A stretch of DNA of 64,000 nt from assembly GCA_963706025.1 (NCBI GenBank), contig CAVPLM010000005.1, forward strand, positions 960,001 through 1,024,000, in the 5' to 3' direction. Shown here in pieces: positions 10,410 through 20,805 of this stretch (the first letter of the stretch is position 1; each line of letters starts with the position of its first letter). This stretch comes from an uncultured Actinomycetes bacterium. Its GTDB lineage: Bacteria > Actinomycetota > Thermoleophilia > RBG-16-64-13. Both the position numbers and the translations under genes were made by a program. The notes beneath the pieces were generated by a model. It ran no database searches, was not told where the DNA came from, and worked only from the letters and a program-made list of their open reading frames with translations.

Positions 10410-11086
10410 GCCCGGCCGGCGGGATAGCCGTCATCGTGCTCGCGGCGGGCAAGTCCTCGCGCATGGGCACGAGCAAGCTCCTGCTACCTCTCGGCGCCGT
10501 GCGCGCGATCGAACGGCTGATCGGTTCTGTCTCCCGGGCAAACGTCGACGATATCGTCGTCGTGACCGGACACGATGCAGACAGGATCACGCCCGTCCTG
10601 GACAAGCTCGCAGTGCGTCGAGTCCATAACGCCCGGTACGAGTCGGGGATGTTCTCCTCCGTTCGCACCGGAGTGAAGGCCTTGGCCGACGGCGTGGAAG
10701 CGTTCCTGGTCCTGCCGGCGGACTTAGCCTTGGTCAGGACGGAGGTCCTGGACCGGCTGATCGACGGCTTCCGCGAAAGCGGGCGCGAGATACTGCACCC
10801 GTCTTGCTGCGGGCTTCGGGGCCATCCCCCGCTTGTTGCCGGCCGCTACATAGATCCCCTGCTGCAGGCGGATGGCTGGTGCAGCCTGCAGGACTTCTTT
10901 CGCGTGTACCCTGAAGCTGAAGTCGAGATAGAGGTGGATGATCTCAGCATCCTCATGGACATGGACGACGAGGAGGACTACCGTAGGATGAGCCGGTTCG
11001 CAGGGTTCCTCGACGCGACGGCCAACACCGCGGCCGAAGCTGGAACTGGCTCTCCGGACGCAGGGAGATGGTGCGGTGTCGCCTGA
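10406..11086 (+). CDS. MocA-like molybdenum cofactor nucleotidyltransferase domain
   Basis: VLAAGKSSRMG, GMFSSV, GHPP, DMDD..DY motifs. Confidence 0.85.
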   Translation: MSPAGGIAVIVLAAGKSSRMGTSKLLLPLGAVRAIERLIGSVSRANVDDIVVVTGHDADRITPVLDKLAVRRVHNARYESGMFSSVRTGVKALADGVEAFLVLPADLALVRTEVLDRLIDGFRESGREILHPSCCGLRGHPPLVAGRYIDPLLQADGWCSLQDFFRVYPEAEVEIEVDDLSILMDMDDEEDYRRMSRFAGFLDATANTAAEAGTGSPDAGRWCGVA

Positions 11087-11609
11087 AGACGCCCTCTACC
11101 TCCTATCGGTGCTCGAAGTCCCCGACCTGGTCGTACGGCATTGTCAGACGGTTGCGACCGCGGGTGAAGCGCTGGCGGAGGCGATCAAGCCGCATGTTCC
11201 GAGCCTCGACGTCGGCCTGGTCCGCGCGGCCGGCCTGCTCCACGACATGGCCAGACCCAAGCCTAGGCACGCGCTCGTCGCTCAGAACATGCTTGCCAAC
11301 CTCGGCTTGAGCCGGCTGGGCGCGATAGTGGGTGCGCACATGGTCCTGCCGGCCGAGCAGTTGGACACTCCCCTGGTGACCGAAGAGCAACTGGTCTACT
11401 TGGCCGACAAGCTGGTGATAGAGGACAGGATCGCCGGACTCGAGCAAAGAGCGGCCCGCGCTCTATCCAGACGAGGCCAGGACCCCACCGCGGTGGAGGG
11501 AGTCAGAAGGAAGATGCGGGCTGCTCAGATCATCCAGGAGAGGGTGGAGACCATCCTCCAACGTCCGCTGGACGAGGTGCTGCTACGAGAGATACGGCCG
11601 TCTATCTGA
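11076..11609 (+). CDS. HD domain protein (probably continuous with the MocA domain)
   Basis: H..V, LLHDMAR, H, YLADK motifs. Confidence 0.8.
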   Translation: MSPEDALYLLSVLEVPDLVVRHCQTVATAGEALAEAIKPHVPSLDVGLVRAAGLLHDMARPKPRHALVAQNMLANLGLSRLGAIVGAHMVLPAEQLDTPLVTEEQLVYLADKLVIEDRIAGLEQRAARALSRRGQDPTAVEGVRRKMRAAQIIQERVETILQRPLDEVLLREIRPSI

Positions 11610-12205
11610 TCCGACATACCGAGTTCGTCGTGTTCGATGACCAACAGCGTTTCAGCGGCCAAGCGGACCCGCCGCTCAGCTCCTCCGGCATCGAGCACGC
11701 GCACCGCCTGGCGGACCGTCTAGGGCAGGTCCACTTCGACTCCGTGCACAGCAGCGACCTGCAGAGATGCCTGTTGACGGCCGAGGTCATCGCGAGAGCG
11801 AGCGGTGTGCCGGTCCGGCCGGATATCCGGCTCCGGGAGATCGATACCGGCCTCTGGGAAGGGCTTACTTTCGAGGAGGCAAGGACGCAGTATCCGTTCG
11901 AGTACGCCGAGCGCGAGCGCGACCTCGTAGGCTATCGCTTTCCGGGCGGAGAGAGCTTCCGCGACCTGCACGAGAGGGTCGTTCCGGCCTTCGCTCAGAT
12001 CGTCGATGAAGGTGGAGAGAGCATCCTCGTCGTGGGGCACCGGGGAGTCAACCGAGTGTTGCTATGCGACTTCCTTGGTCTGCCGCTGGAGAGTCTTTTC
12101 TCGATCGAGCAGGACTACGGCTGTGTCAACCTCGTCAGGGCTTCGCGGCTACCGAATGGCGCCCGCCGCTTCGAGGTGACCGCGCTGCCTACCCTGGAGT
12201 CCTGA
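11594..12205 (+). CDS. Histidine phosphatase (CobC/PGAM family) domain
   Basis: VYLIRH lies in frame upstream of the called start at 11630; SSDLQRC, LREIDTGLWEG, GESF, VGHRG. Confidence 0.85.
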   Translation, partial: TAVYLIRHTEFVVFDDQQRFSGQADPPLSSSGIEHAHRLADRLGQVHFDSVHSSDLQRCLLTAEVIARASGVPVRPDIRLREIDTGLWEGLTFEEARTQYPFEYAERERDLVGYRFPGGESFRDLHERVVPAFAQIVDEGGESILVVGHRGVNRVLLCDFLGLPLESLFSIEQDYGCVNLVRASRLPNGARRFEVTALPTLES

Positions 12206-12210
12206 AACGC

Positions 12211-12975
12211 CTAGCGGACGATCACGGCGAGACGCTCGCCGGTGGCGGCCTGCTTGCAGGCCTCGCAGAGGTCGTAGTAGTCCTCCGGCAGGTCGCCCCG
12301 AGCCGCGACCGCGGCCCGGTGGGCCTCGGTCATGAACGGAGTGTGGCAACTCCGGCAGGCGGAGAGCTCGAAGGTACGACCCCAGATGGTGCGCGTGGTC
12401 GCGGTGTCCTCCATGGGGATGCAGTGCGTCGGGCACGCCAAGTGGCAGGCGCCGCAGCCCACGCAGGCGTCGGCGGCGGCCTGGTCGAACGGCGGGCCCA
12501 CGCTCTTGTGATCGCCGCGGCCCAGCGTGGACAGCGCGTGGTAACCAAGGGCAGCGCACACCCGCACACAGAGCTCACACAGGATGCAGCCCGGAAGCGG
12601 TGCGTCCGCGACCGGGGGGAACAACGAATGGGTCACGCCCAGCCGGGCGGCCAGCTCCTGGAGCACCGGCGCGGCCGGGGCGTAGGGCATTAGGAGCTGC
12701 AGGTTCATGGCCCGGTGCTTGCGGATGCGCGGTGAGTCCGTCACCACTTCGAGGCCCGCCGATACCGGGTAGTCGCAGGATGTGGTCAGCGCCGCCTCGG
12801 TGCGGCCGGGACGGCGCACCTCCACCAGGCAGAGACGGCAGGCGGCGATGGCGGGCACGGCTTCGTGGTGACACAGCGCCGGAATGTCGTAGCCGGCGCG
12901 CCGGGCCACGTCGAGGAGGCTCGCGCCCGCCGGCGCCGTCACCTCGACATCGTCGATCCTCAGCCTGACGTCCAT
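12211..12975 (-). CDS. NuoG-N/HoxU-like Fe-S subunit (BfuA-like)
   Basis: [2Fe-2S] C..ACRLC..SC, two CxxCxxCxxxC motifs and an extra CxxC..CxxC. Confidence 0.85.
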   Translation of the reverse strand: MDVRLRIDDVEVTAPAGASLLDVARRAGYDIPALCHHEAVPAIAACRLCLVEVRRPGRTEAALTTSCDYPVSAGLEVVTDSPRIRKHRAMNLQLLMPYAPAAPVLQELAARLGVTHSLFPPVADAPLPGCILCELCVRVCAALGYHALSTLGRGDHKSVGPPFDQAAADACVGCGACHLACPTHCIPMEDTATTRTIWGRTFELSACRSCHTPFMTEAHRAAVAARGDLPEDYYDLCEACKQAATGERLAVIVR

Positions 12976-12985
12976 CTATGACCTC

Positions 12986-14839
12986 CTACCGGACGAGGAC
13001 GGCGTCGTACCGGCACACGTCCCTGCAGATGCCGCACTTGATGCACAGCTCCTGCTCGATGGTATGGGGTTGCTTCTTCTCACCGGCCACAGCCTGCTGC
13101 GGGCAGCGCCGGGCGCAGAGCATGCAGCCGGTGCAGTTCACAGGGTCGATGGTGAAGGTGATGAGCGCCTTGCACACCCGGGCCGGGCAGCACTTCTCAT
13201 CGACGTGGGCAAGGTACTCGTCGCGGAAGTAGCGCAGCGTCGAGAGCACCGGGTTGACCGCGGTCGTCCCCAGGGCGCACAGAGAGCTGGCTTGGACGGT
13301 CTCGGCCAACTCCTCCACGAGGGCGATGGTGTCACGAGTACCGCGGCCTTCCGTGATGTCTCCGAGCAACTGGTGCAGGCGCAGGAGCCCCTCGCGGCAC
13401 GACGTGCAGTTGCCGCAGGATTCGGAGGCGAGGAATTTCAGGAAGTATTTCGCCACGTCCACCATGCAGGTGTCTTCGTCCATGACGATCATGCCCCCGG
13501 ACCCCATCATCGCGCCCTCGGAGACCAGGGTGTCGAAGTCCACGGGCAGGTCCAGCTTGTCCGCCGGCAGGCAGCCCCCTGACGGGCCGCCGGTCTGGAC
13601 GGCCTTGAAGGCCTTGCCGCCGGGGATGCCGCCGCCGATGTCGAAGATGATCCGGCGCAGGCTTATGCCCATCGGCACCTCGACCAGGCCGGTGTTGTTC
13701 ACCTTGCCCACGAGGGAGAAGATCTTCGTTCCCTTGGAGCCCTCGGTACCGATGGAACGGAACCACTCGGCGCCTCTCAGCACGATGTGAGGCACGTTGG
13801 CCCAGGTCTCGACGTTGTTGACGTTGGTGGGCTTACCCCAGAGGCCTTTCTCGGACAGGTGGATAAGCCGGCGGTGCGGCACGCCGCGGCGCCCCTCGAG
13901 CGACGCCATCATGGCGCTCGCCTCGCCGCACACGAATGCACCGCCGCCGCGGCTGATCTGGATGTCGAACGCCAGGTCGCTGCCCAGGATCGCCTCGCCC
14001 AGCAGGCCGAGCTCACGCGACTGCTCGATCGCAGTGATCAGGCGTTGCACGGCCAGCGGGTACTCCTGACGCACGTAGATGTACCCCTCGCGGGCGCCCA
14101 TGGCCAGGGCGCCGATGGTCATGCCCTCAAGGACGCTGTGCGGGTTCCCCTCGAGCACCGAGCGGTCCATGAAGGCGCCGGGATCGCCCTCGTCCGCGTT
14201 GCAGACCACGTAGCGCAGATCGCCGGGGGACTTGCTGCACGCCTCCCACTTCCGGCCCGCCGGGAACCCGGCGCCGCCCCGGCCGCGCAGGTCGGCGCGC
14301 TTGACCTCCTCGAGGATCGCTTCCGGTCCCATCTCCAGGGCCCGCACCAGCGCCGAGTAACCTCCGAGCGCGATGTAGTCGTCTATGGACGTCGGGTCGA
14401 GGTGACCGTTGTCGCGCAGCACCAGCCGCTGCTGGTTGCGGTAGAAGGGGATGTCCTCCTCCTTGCGGTGCTGCACGCCGGTCGTGGGATCCACGTAGAA
14501 CAGCCGCTCCACCATTTCGCCGCCGAGCACCGTCTTCTCGACGATCTCGGCGACGTCCTCAGCGCGCACGTGCTGGTAGAGGACGCCCTCCGGGAAGAGA
14601 AGCACGAGCGGCCCGCGCTCGCAGAACCCATGGCACCCGGTCGCGCGCAGCTCGACCTTGCGGTCGGCGCCGCGCGCCCCCAACTCGGCGCGCAAGGCCT
14701 CGAACACCTCCATGGCTCCCTGCGCCCGGCAGCCGGTGCCGCCGCACACGGCGATGACCGCCCTGCCCGGGTCCCGGGCCGCGACCAGGACGGCGCGATG
14801 GCGCTCAAGAGCATCCGGGTCGGCCAGTCTGACGGTCAT
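12986..14839 (-). CDS. NuoF/HydB-like FMN/NAD-binding subunit (BfuB-like)
   Basis: [37 protein letters not shown]-terminal thioredoxin-like 2Fe-2S domain, C-terminal 2x[4Fe-4S]. Confidence 0.92.
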   Translation of the reverse strand: MTVRLADPDALERHRAVLVAARDPGRAVIAVCGGTGCRAQGAMEVFEALRAELGARGADRKVELRATGCHGFCERGPLVLLFPEGVLYQHVRAEDVAEIVEKTVLGGEMVERLFYVDPTTGVQHRKEEDIPFYRNQQRLVLRDNGHLDPTSIDDYIALGGYSALVRALEMGPEAILEEVKRADLRGRGGAGFPAGRKWEACSKSPGDLRYVVCNADEGDPGAFMDRSVLEGNPHSVLEGMTIGALAMGAREGYIYVRQEYPLAVQRLITAIEQSRELGLLGEAILGSDLAFDIQISRGGGAFVCGEASAMMASLEGRRGVPHRRLIHLSEKGLWGKPTNVNNVETWANVPHIVLRGAEWFRSIGTEGSKGTKIFSLVGKVNNTGLVEVPMGISLRRIIFDIGGGIPGGKAFKAVQTGGPSGGCLPADKLDLPVDFDTLVSEGAMMGSGGMIVMDEDTCMVDVAKYFLKFLASESCGNCTSCREGLLRLHQLLGDITEGRGTRDTIALVEELAETVQASSLCALGTTAVNPVLSTLRYFRDEYLAHVDEKCCPARVCKALITFTIDPVNCTGCMLCARRCPQQAVAGEKKQPHTIEQELCIKCGICRDVCRYDAVLVR

Positions 14840-14852
14840 GTCGGCTTCCGCT

Positions 14853-15344
14853 TCACGCGTGCTCCTCATGCTTCAGGAGCTTCTTGACCAGCCGAGAGAG
14901 GTGGTCCGCAGTCATGTGTCCGTGATAGGCGCCGTCGATGAGGACCAGGGGGCCGAGGGCGCACGCGCCCACGCAGTTGACCTCCTCGACGGTCAGCGAC
15001 AGATCGGCCGTGGTGCCGCCCGCGGCAACGCCCGTGTCCCGCTCGAGCTGCTCGAGCAGCCGGCGGGCGCCGCGCACGTGGCAGGCGGTGCCCATGCACA
15101 CCGTGCACGTGTGCTCGCCGCGCGGCGAGGTGTGGAAGCCCTCGTAGAAGGTCGCCACCCCGAACACCTGGGCCGGCGGCAGGCCGAGGTGGGCCGCGGC
15201 CTGCCGCAGCGCCTCCTCGGGTAGATAGCGTAACTCGCCCTGTAGATCGTGAAGAACGTTGACGAGGCTGCCCGGGTCGCCCTGTGGATAGCGGGCCAGC
15301 ACCGCTTCAACGCGGCGTGGGTCGATGGTGGGTGCGACGCTCAT
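14853..15344 (-). CDS. NuoE/HydC-like [2Fe-2S] subunit (BfuC-like)
   Basis: [21 protein letters not shown]. Confidence 0.92.
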   Translation of the reverse strand: MSVAPTIDPRRVEAVLARYPQGDPGSLVNVLHDLQGELRYLPEEALRQAAAHLGLPPAQVFGVATFYEGFHTSPRGEHTCTVCMGTACHVRGARRLLEQLERDTGVAAGGTTADLSLTVEEVNCVGACALGPLVLIDGAYHGHMTADHLSRLVKKLLKHEEHA

Positions 15345-15488
15345 GGGCCGGCCCTTGCTGCGGCGGGCCGATCGCGGCCCCGGGCATGAGTGGCGCTCAC
15401 GCCACTGCCGGCAGCGTCCACCGCGCGGAGCCCGGTGGCGCCGTTGCCCGGTATGACCAGCTTCTGGCCCACCATTCTGACTATGTGC

Positions 15489-17366
15489 TTAGGCTTGCTT
15501 GAGGCTGGCCGGCAATCTGTCGGCCAAACCTAGCTCCTGAGCTCTTTCCGGGGTAAGGTTACCCTTCTTGTCCCAACCTCTCAGCTTGTAGTACTCGGGC
15601 AACATCTCGCTCAGTTTGACCACGTGGCCCTTGGCCGGGCCGTCGGGCATGGGCTCTTCCAGCATGCGCTTGGGCAGGGTGTCGTCGGCGCCGGTGAGGC
15701 CGGCCCGGCGGTTGAAGAGCGTCTCCAGGTTGAAGATGCGCTCGCCCGTGCGCATGAAGCCCTCGTATCCACCCATGTCGATCCCGGTAGCCGCCTCGAT
15801 GAGCTCCCGAGTCTGGTCTTCGTCCACATGGAGGAAGAACGCGAAGTTGCACATCCCGCAGGCGTCGATCATGCAGAACCAGTCCTGGACCTCTTTGCCC
15901 AGAAGCGGCTTGTCGTCACAGCGCAGCGGGTCCACCTGCGTGATGCCCCGGTCACTGGTCAGCTTCCATACACATACGCCGTAGAGATCGAGGTCCTGAA
16001 CCTCACCACGAATGTGGCAGGCGCCGCGCGGCTGGGTGGCATATCCCAAGCCCATGCCTTGCAGGGCTCGTCCGTCGTAGCTGGCGAAATCCTGCTTCTT
16101 CACACCCATGAAGCATTCGGGGTGGCCGTATTTCTCGGCCAGACGGTAGGAGCCCTCGGCCAGCACGTCGCCGAAGCCCTCGCGATTGGCCATCATCTCG
16201 GTCAGCTTGACGATGGCCGTGGCATCTCCGAACCGGAGCGGGAAGCCGATGTCTTCCGCGGGGATGTAACCCCGCTCGGACATCTCCATAGCGCAGGCGA
16301 TGGTACCGCCGGCGGAGATGGTGTCCATACCCATCTCGTTGCAGATGAAGTTCGCCTTGGAGATGGCGTTGAAGTCGCTGACTCCGCAGTTGGAGCCGAA
16401 CATGCCGATGGTCTCGTATTCCGGTCCCCCGCCCACGCCGGCGAATTCAGGGTCGGTCACCCTGGTGACGCGGCCGCAGGCGACCGGGCAGGCCGGGCAG
16501 GCCGTCCCCATGAACTTCCTGACCGAGATGGTGCTGGCCAGAGCGTCGCCATCTATCTTCTGCCAATCCTCATAGACCCCCTCCTGGAAGTTGCGGGTCG
16601 GAAGCGCCCCGAACGACTGGACCAAGCCGAGCACACCCGGAGTGCCCACTCCGTGGAACCACGTGACCTCGTCGCTGTTCAAGGTGTCAAAGGCGCTTTC
16701 CGCCGCCTGGTAGAAGGCCTTGCGATCCGCGACCTTGACGCCCTTGCTACCCTTGACGGCAATGGCTTTCAAGTTTTTGGAGCCCATCACCGTGCCCACG
16801 CCGGACCGGCCGGCGGCCCGGTCGTCGTCGTTCATGACGCAGGCGAAGCGCACGAGCTTTTCTCCTGCCGGGCCGATGCTGGCCACCTTCGCCCGCGGTG
16901 ACGTGGCGGCCACGACCGCGTCTCGGGTCTGCTGGGAGTTGAGTCCCCACAGCGACTGAGCATCGCGGATCTCGACGCTGTCGTCATCTATCCACAGGTA
17001 GACGGGCTTCTTGGCCTTGCCTTCGACAATGATCATGTCGAAGCCGGCGTACTTGATTTGCATGGCGAACTCGCCCGCGGCGCTCGCGTTGGCGATGGCC
17101 CCCGTCAACGGCGACTTGGTCACCAACATGTAACGGTTGGCACACGGGGCCCCGGTGCCGGTGAGAGGCCCGGTGGCGAAGATGAGCTTGTTCTGCGGGC
17201 TGAGCGGGTCGACCGCGGGGTCGATCTCATCGTAGAGATACACCGTACCCAGGCCAATGCCACCGATGTAGTCTTTGGCCCTCTGCATGTCCAGGTCTTC
17301 GACTGAGACCTCGGACTTGGTGAGGTTGACGCGGAGGATCTTGCCTTGCCAGCCGTACATGGTCAT
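15489..17366 (-). CDS. aor: Tungsten aldehyde:ferredoxin oxidoreductase family, catalytic subunit
   Basis: KSPLTG, GRSGVG, SKNLKAI, CPACPVAC, PEYET, GMDTIS, GACH, YY..RGWD. Confidence 0.95.
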   Translation of the reverse strand: MTMYGWQGKILRVNLTKSEVSVEDLDMQRAKDYIGGIGLGTVYLYDEIDPAVDPLSPQNKLIFATGPLTGTGAPCANRYMLVTKSPLTGAIANASAAGEFAMQIKYAGFDMIIVEGKAKKPVYLWIDDDSVEIRDAQSLWGLNSQQTRDAVVAATSPRAKVASIGPAGEKLVRFACVMNDDDRAAGRSGVGTVMGSKNLKAIAVKGSKGVKVADRKAFYQAAESAFDTLNSDEVTWFHGVGTPGVLGLVQSFGALPTRNFQEGVYEDWQKIDGDALASTISVRKFMGTACPACPVACGRVTRVTDPEFAGVGGGPEYETIGMFGSNCGVSDFNAISKANFICNEMGMDTISAGGTIACAMEMSERGYIPAEDIGFPLRFGDATAIVKLTEMMANREGFGDVLAEGSYRLAEKYGHPECFMGVKKQDFASYDGRALQGMGLGYATQPRGACHIRGEVQDLDLYGVCVWKLTSDRGITQVDPLRCDDKPLLGKEVQDWFCMIDACGMCNFAFFLHVDEDQTRELIEAATGIDMGGYEGFMRTGERIFNLETLFNRRAGLTGADDTLPKRMLEEPMPDGPAKGHVVKLSEMLPEYYKLRGWDKKGNLTPERAQELGLADRLPASLKQA

Positions 17367-17851
17367 TCAGCCTCCTGGTAGGCGGTGAGAAGGGTGGCGG
17401 CCACCTTGGCTTTGCGGTCAAGGATGCCCTCGTCGCTGTCCGCGAAAGTAAGTGCGCCCGCGGCGCAGAACTTGACGCACTGCGGCACTCCGTCGCAGAG
17501 GTCGCACTTCTCGGCATAGCCCTCGTCCATGACCGTGATGCAACCATACGGGCAGGCCAGCGCGCACATCCTGCAACCCACGCAGCGGTCCTTGTTCACG
17601 GTCACCACCGTGGCTCCGGTGAGGGCGTTGATTCCCTTGCTTATGGCCCCCGAGGGGCAGATACGCGCGCACCAAGCATCCTCGCATTGGCGGCACAGCA
17701 CCGGGATAGAGACCTCCTGCTCCAAGAAGATGGTCTTGTGGATCCGAGCCTTGGAGGGGTTGAACTCACCCTTGTGCTTGAAGGAGCACCACAGCTCACA
17801 GCTACCGCACCCGGTGCACTTCTCGATGTTTACATTGATCATCTTGGTCAT
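17363..17851 (-). CDS. 4x[4Fe-4S] small subunit of AOR
   Basis: CTGCGSC..C, CRQC..C..CP, CVGCRMC..CP, CDLC..C..C; overlaps the aor start. Confidence 0.9.
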   Translation of the reverse strand: MTKMINVNIEKCTGCGSCELWCSFKHKGEFNPSKARIHKTIFLEQEVSIPVLCRQCEDAWCARICPSGAISKGINALTGATVVTVNKDRCVGCRMCALACPYGCITVMDEGYAEKCDLCDGVPQCVKFCAAGALTFADSDEGILDRKAKVAATLLTAYQEAE

Positions 17852-17897
17852 GCCTCAACCTCCTGCGAAGACTTGCACGACATGGCCGGCCCCAACC

Positions 17898-18191
17898 TCA
17901 ACCCCCGGCCGTGGGAAGAAACACCGTGACCAGATCGCCGTCGTGAAGCGACGTGTCCAAACGCTCCGCGAAAGCGATGTTCCTACCATTCACCAGCACA
18001 TTGACCCCGGGCCTGACGGAACCCGGCTGCGCGTATATGGTCTGCGTCTGCTCGGGCGTGGTGCATATGAAGCCCAAGAGATCGCCGGCGGTGCGCGCCC
18101 GGGCAAGATCGAGGCTCATCTCCGTCTGCCGAAAGACGTCCTTCAAGCTGCCAAGAAACCTCACCGTCACTTTGCCGTTGGCGGCTTCCAT
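17898..18191 (-). CDS. MoaD/ThiS ubiquitin-like sulfur carrier
   Basis: VLVNGRN..DGD..PTAGG ending in Gly-Gly. Confidence 0.88.
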   Translation of the reverse strand: MEAANGKVTVRFLGSLKDVFRQTEMSLDLARARTAGDLLGFICTTPEQTQTIYAQPGSVRPGVNVLVNGRNIAFAERLDTSLHDGDLVTVFLPTAGG

Positions 18192-18208
18192 CGATACGCT
18201 GATCGCTC

Positions 18209-19027
18209 CTAATCGCTTCGGGATCCGGCATCAGGTGGGGTCATCGTAGTAGCGCCGTCCGAACCAGGATACCACCCGTGAGCCGGGGTATGCGCCGGGC
18301 TGGCCGTATCGTCCTCGGTCGTGGCCAGCCCCAGATATGCCCTCCTGACGTGCTCGTTGTCTTGCAGGTGCTTGGCGTCGTCCGCCAGAGTGATGACGCC
18401 CGTCTCCATGACGTAGCCCTTGTCGGCGATCTTGAGAGCCATGCTGGCGTTCTGCTCTATGAGAAGGATCGAGACACCCTCAGTGGCGATGCGGGCGATG
18501 ATCTCCCCCACTTCCTGCGTGACCAGGGGCGACAGACCAAGAGAGGGTTCGTCCAGCAGTAGGAGTTTGGGGGCGCACATCAACCCTCTGCCGATGGCGA
18601 GCATCTGCTGCTCCCCACCGCTCAAGGCCGAGGCGAGCCGGCGCGCTGCCTTTTTCAACACGGGAAAGTACTCGTAGATCTTCTCCAGATCGCTGGCTAT
18701 ACCGGCCTTGTCCCTTCTGAGATAGGCGCCGGTGAAGAGGTTGTCGTAGACACTCATTTCCAGAAACAGCCTCTTGCCTTCTGGAACGTGACCGATGCCC
18801 AACCCCACCACTTTGTCCGGTTTCATCCCATCGATTCTCTTATCCTCATACCAGATCTCCCCCGCCGAAAGCCGTACCAGACCCGAGATCGCCTTCAAGC
18901 AGGTGCTCTTGCCCGCGCCGTTGGACCCGATAAGAGTGGTGATGCTCCCGGCGGCGACTTCCAGAGAGATCCCCTTGAGCGCCCTGACCCCGCCGTAGCG
19001 CACCTCTACGTTCTTCAAGCTGAGCAT
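18209..19027 (-). CDS. livF: HAAT (Liv) ABC transporter ATP-binding subunit
   Basis: GSNGAGKS, VPEGK, LSGGEQQM, LDEPSLGL. Confidence 0.88.
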   Translation of the reverse strand: MLSLKNVEVRYGGVRALKGISLEVAAGSITTLIGSNGAGKSTCLKAISGLVRLSAGEIWYEDKRIDGMKPDKVVGLGIGHVPEGKRLFLEMSVYDNLFTGAYLRRDKAGIASDLEKIYEYFPVLKKAARRLASALSGGEQQMLAIGRGLMCAPKLLLLDEPSLGLSPLVTQEVGEIIARIATEGVSILLIEQNASMALKIADKGYVMETGVITLADDAKHLQDNEHVRRAYLGLATTEDDTASPAHTPAHGWYPGSDGATTMTPPDAGSRSD

Positions 19028-19030
19028 GCC

Positions 19031-19789
19031 TTAGCTCCTACCCAGGTAGGCTTCTATTACTTCTTGATGGGAGCAGACATGATCGGGGCTGCCCTGGCAG
19101 ATCTTCCGGCCGAAGTTGATCACCGTGATCTCCTCGCAGGTGCTCATGACCGCCTTCATGTCGTGCTCCACCAACAAGATGGTTATACCGGTGTCGCGCA
19201 GATGCTTGATGCGTTCCATCATGTCTTTGGTCTCGCTCGGGTTCATACCGGTGACCGGCTCGTCGAGCAGCAGCATCTTCGGTTCGGTAGCCAGGGCCAT
19301 GGCCACCCCCAGAGCTTCCTGGTGACCATGCGGCAAAGACCCAGAGATCTCGTCCTTCACATGGGCTATCCCCATGGCTTCCAGTATGGCGACGGATTTC
19401 TCCTCGATCTCCCTGTCTCGCCGCTTTGTACCTCGGGTCATGAGGTACTGCTTGACGAGCCCCATCCCCGTGTGGAGATGACAGGCCATGACCACATTCT
19501 GGAGGGCAGTCATATCCCGAAAGAGGTTGGTAAGTTGAAAGGTGCGGGCCATCCCTCTGCTGGCCACCATGTGTGGCGGTTGCCCGGTTATGTCCTCTCC
19601 CTGCCAGATCACCTTGCCTCTGGTGGGGTGGAGAAAACCGGTTATGCAATTGAACACGGTGGTCTTGCCGGAGCCGTTGGGGCCGATCAGACCCCGGATC
19701 TCGCCCTCCTCGATGCTCATGTCGAGATCGTCGACCGCCACCAGTTCTCCGAACTGCTTCCTCAGACCTTGTAGCTCGAGAATGGCCAT
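19031..19789 (-). CDS. livG: HAAT (Liv) ABC transporter ATP-binding subunit
   Basis: GPNGSGKT, RTFQ, LDEP, VEHDM, AYLG. Confidence 0.88.
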   Translation of the reverse strand: MAILELQGLRKQFGELVAVDDLDMSIEEGEIRGLIGPNGSGKTTVFNCITGFLHPTRGKVIWQGEDITGQPPHMVASRGMARTFQLTNLFRDMTALQNVVMACHLHTGMGLVKQYLMTRGTKRRDREIEEKSVAILEAMGIAHVKDEISGSLPHGHQEALGVAMALATEPKMLLLDEPVTGMNPSETKDMMERIKHLRDTGITILLVEHDMKAVMSTCEEITVINFGRKICQGSPDHVCSHQEVIEAYLGRS

Positions 19790-20805
19790 CAGTCCTGCTC
19801 CTCCGTCGTCACATTCTCGGGCGTCGTCGAATCCTCAGACGCCTTGCCCCCATCCTGTCTTCGCCGGTACCAGGACTGTAGCCGCTTGGGCACGCCCTCG
19901 AGGCCCTCCGGCAAGAAGAGCAGAGTCAATATCAGGATGGCGCCGTAGAACATGGGCAGCCATTCCGCCAGAGGGTCGAGGAGTTGATCTATCAGCGTAA
20001 GCACGGATACCCCTATGATGGGACCGGCGAAGGTGCCCGTACCCCCGAACACCACCCACACCAGGAGATACAGGGTGGGGGTGAAGCCGAACTGGTTGGG
20101 TGAGATGGCCCACATGCGATGGACCAGGATGACCCCCGCAACCCCGGCGAAGAAACCACCGATCACGAAGACCAGCATCTTGTACTTGACCACGTTTATG
20201 CCTAGGGCCCTGGCCAGACTCTTCTGAGAATGGATGGCATGGAAGGTGGCTCCTATGCGGGATCGGCACACGCGGTACATGAGCCACAGGCAGACTGCCG
20301 TTATCAACAGCGCCAAGAAGTAGTACGGGATGGGCCGGCTGAAATCGACCGCTCCGATGGACCCCGGATCGGGGATGTTCGCCAAGCCCGTGTGGCCCCC
20401 GAAAGGCTGCCTGAACCTGGTCCAGCACAGCCGCATTGCTTCCCCGGCGGCATAGGAGGCTATGAAGAAGGAGAAACCCGTTGTACGGGAGAGGGGAACG
20501 CTCATGATCAACGCGATGACTCCCGCGATGATCGCCGACAGCAGCAGGCTGGGCCAGAATGGCCAGCCCAGGGTCCCCGTGATCAGGGCGCTCGCGTAGG
20601 CGCCTGCGCCCATCAGGGGCAGGTGGGCCAGCGACCAGTCGCCGATTATGGTGATGAGGCGGAAGCTCGACACCAGAATGATGTTGACGAACAGCATGGT
20701 CAGCAGGTCGACGTAGTAGTGACTTAGTAGGAAGGGCAGCACCGCGCCAACGACCGCGAGGACGACCAGAATAAGTGTGGTAGTTAGTGTTTTGCTATTC
20801 CGCAT
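19789..20805 (-). CDS. livM: HAAT (Liv) ABC transporter permease
   Basis: Hydrophobic protein with SLAH, SRIG..AI, GG.GT..GP motifs. Confidence 0.85.
   Translation of the reverse strand: MRNSKTLTTTLILVVLAVVGAVLPFLLSHYYVDLLTMLFVNIILVSSFRLITIIGDWSLAHLPLMGAGAYASALITGTLGWPFWPSLLLSAIIAGVIALIMSVPLSRTTGFSFFIASYAAGEAMRLCWTRFRQPFGGHTGLANIPDPGSIGAVDFSRPIPYYFLALLITAVCLWLMYRVCRSRIGATFHAIHSQKSLARALGINVVKYKMLVFVIGGFFAGVAGVILVHRMWAISPNQFGFTPTLYLLVWVVFGGTGTFAGPIIGVSVLTLIDQLLDPLAEWLPMFYGAILILTLLFLPEGLEGVPKRLQSWYRRRQDGGKASEDSTTPENVTTEEQD

Noticed and set aside
12211-15344. Respiratory complex I or [FeFe]-hydrogenase
   Set aside because: No membrane nuo genes nearby and no H-cluster motifs in the third subunit
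12211-17851. Class II benzoyl-CoA reductase (BamBC + BamGHI)
   Set aside because: The W subunit has ordinary AOR motifs (EYET, GACH), and no HdrA-like BamE or BamD/F genes are in the window
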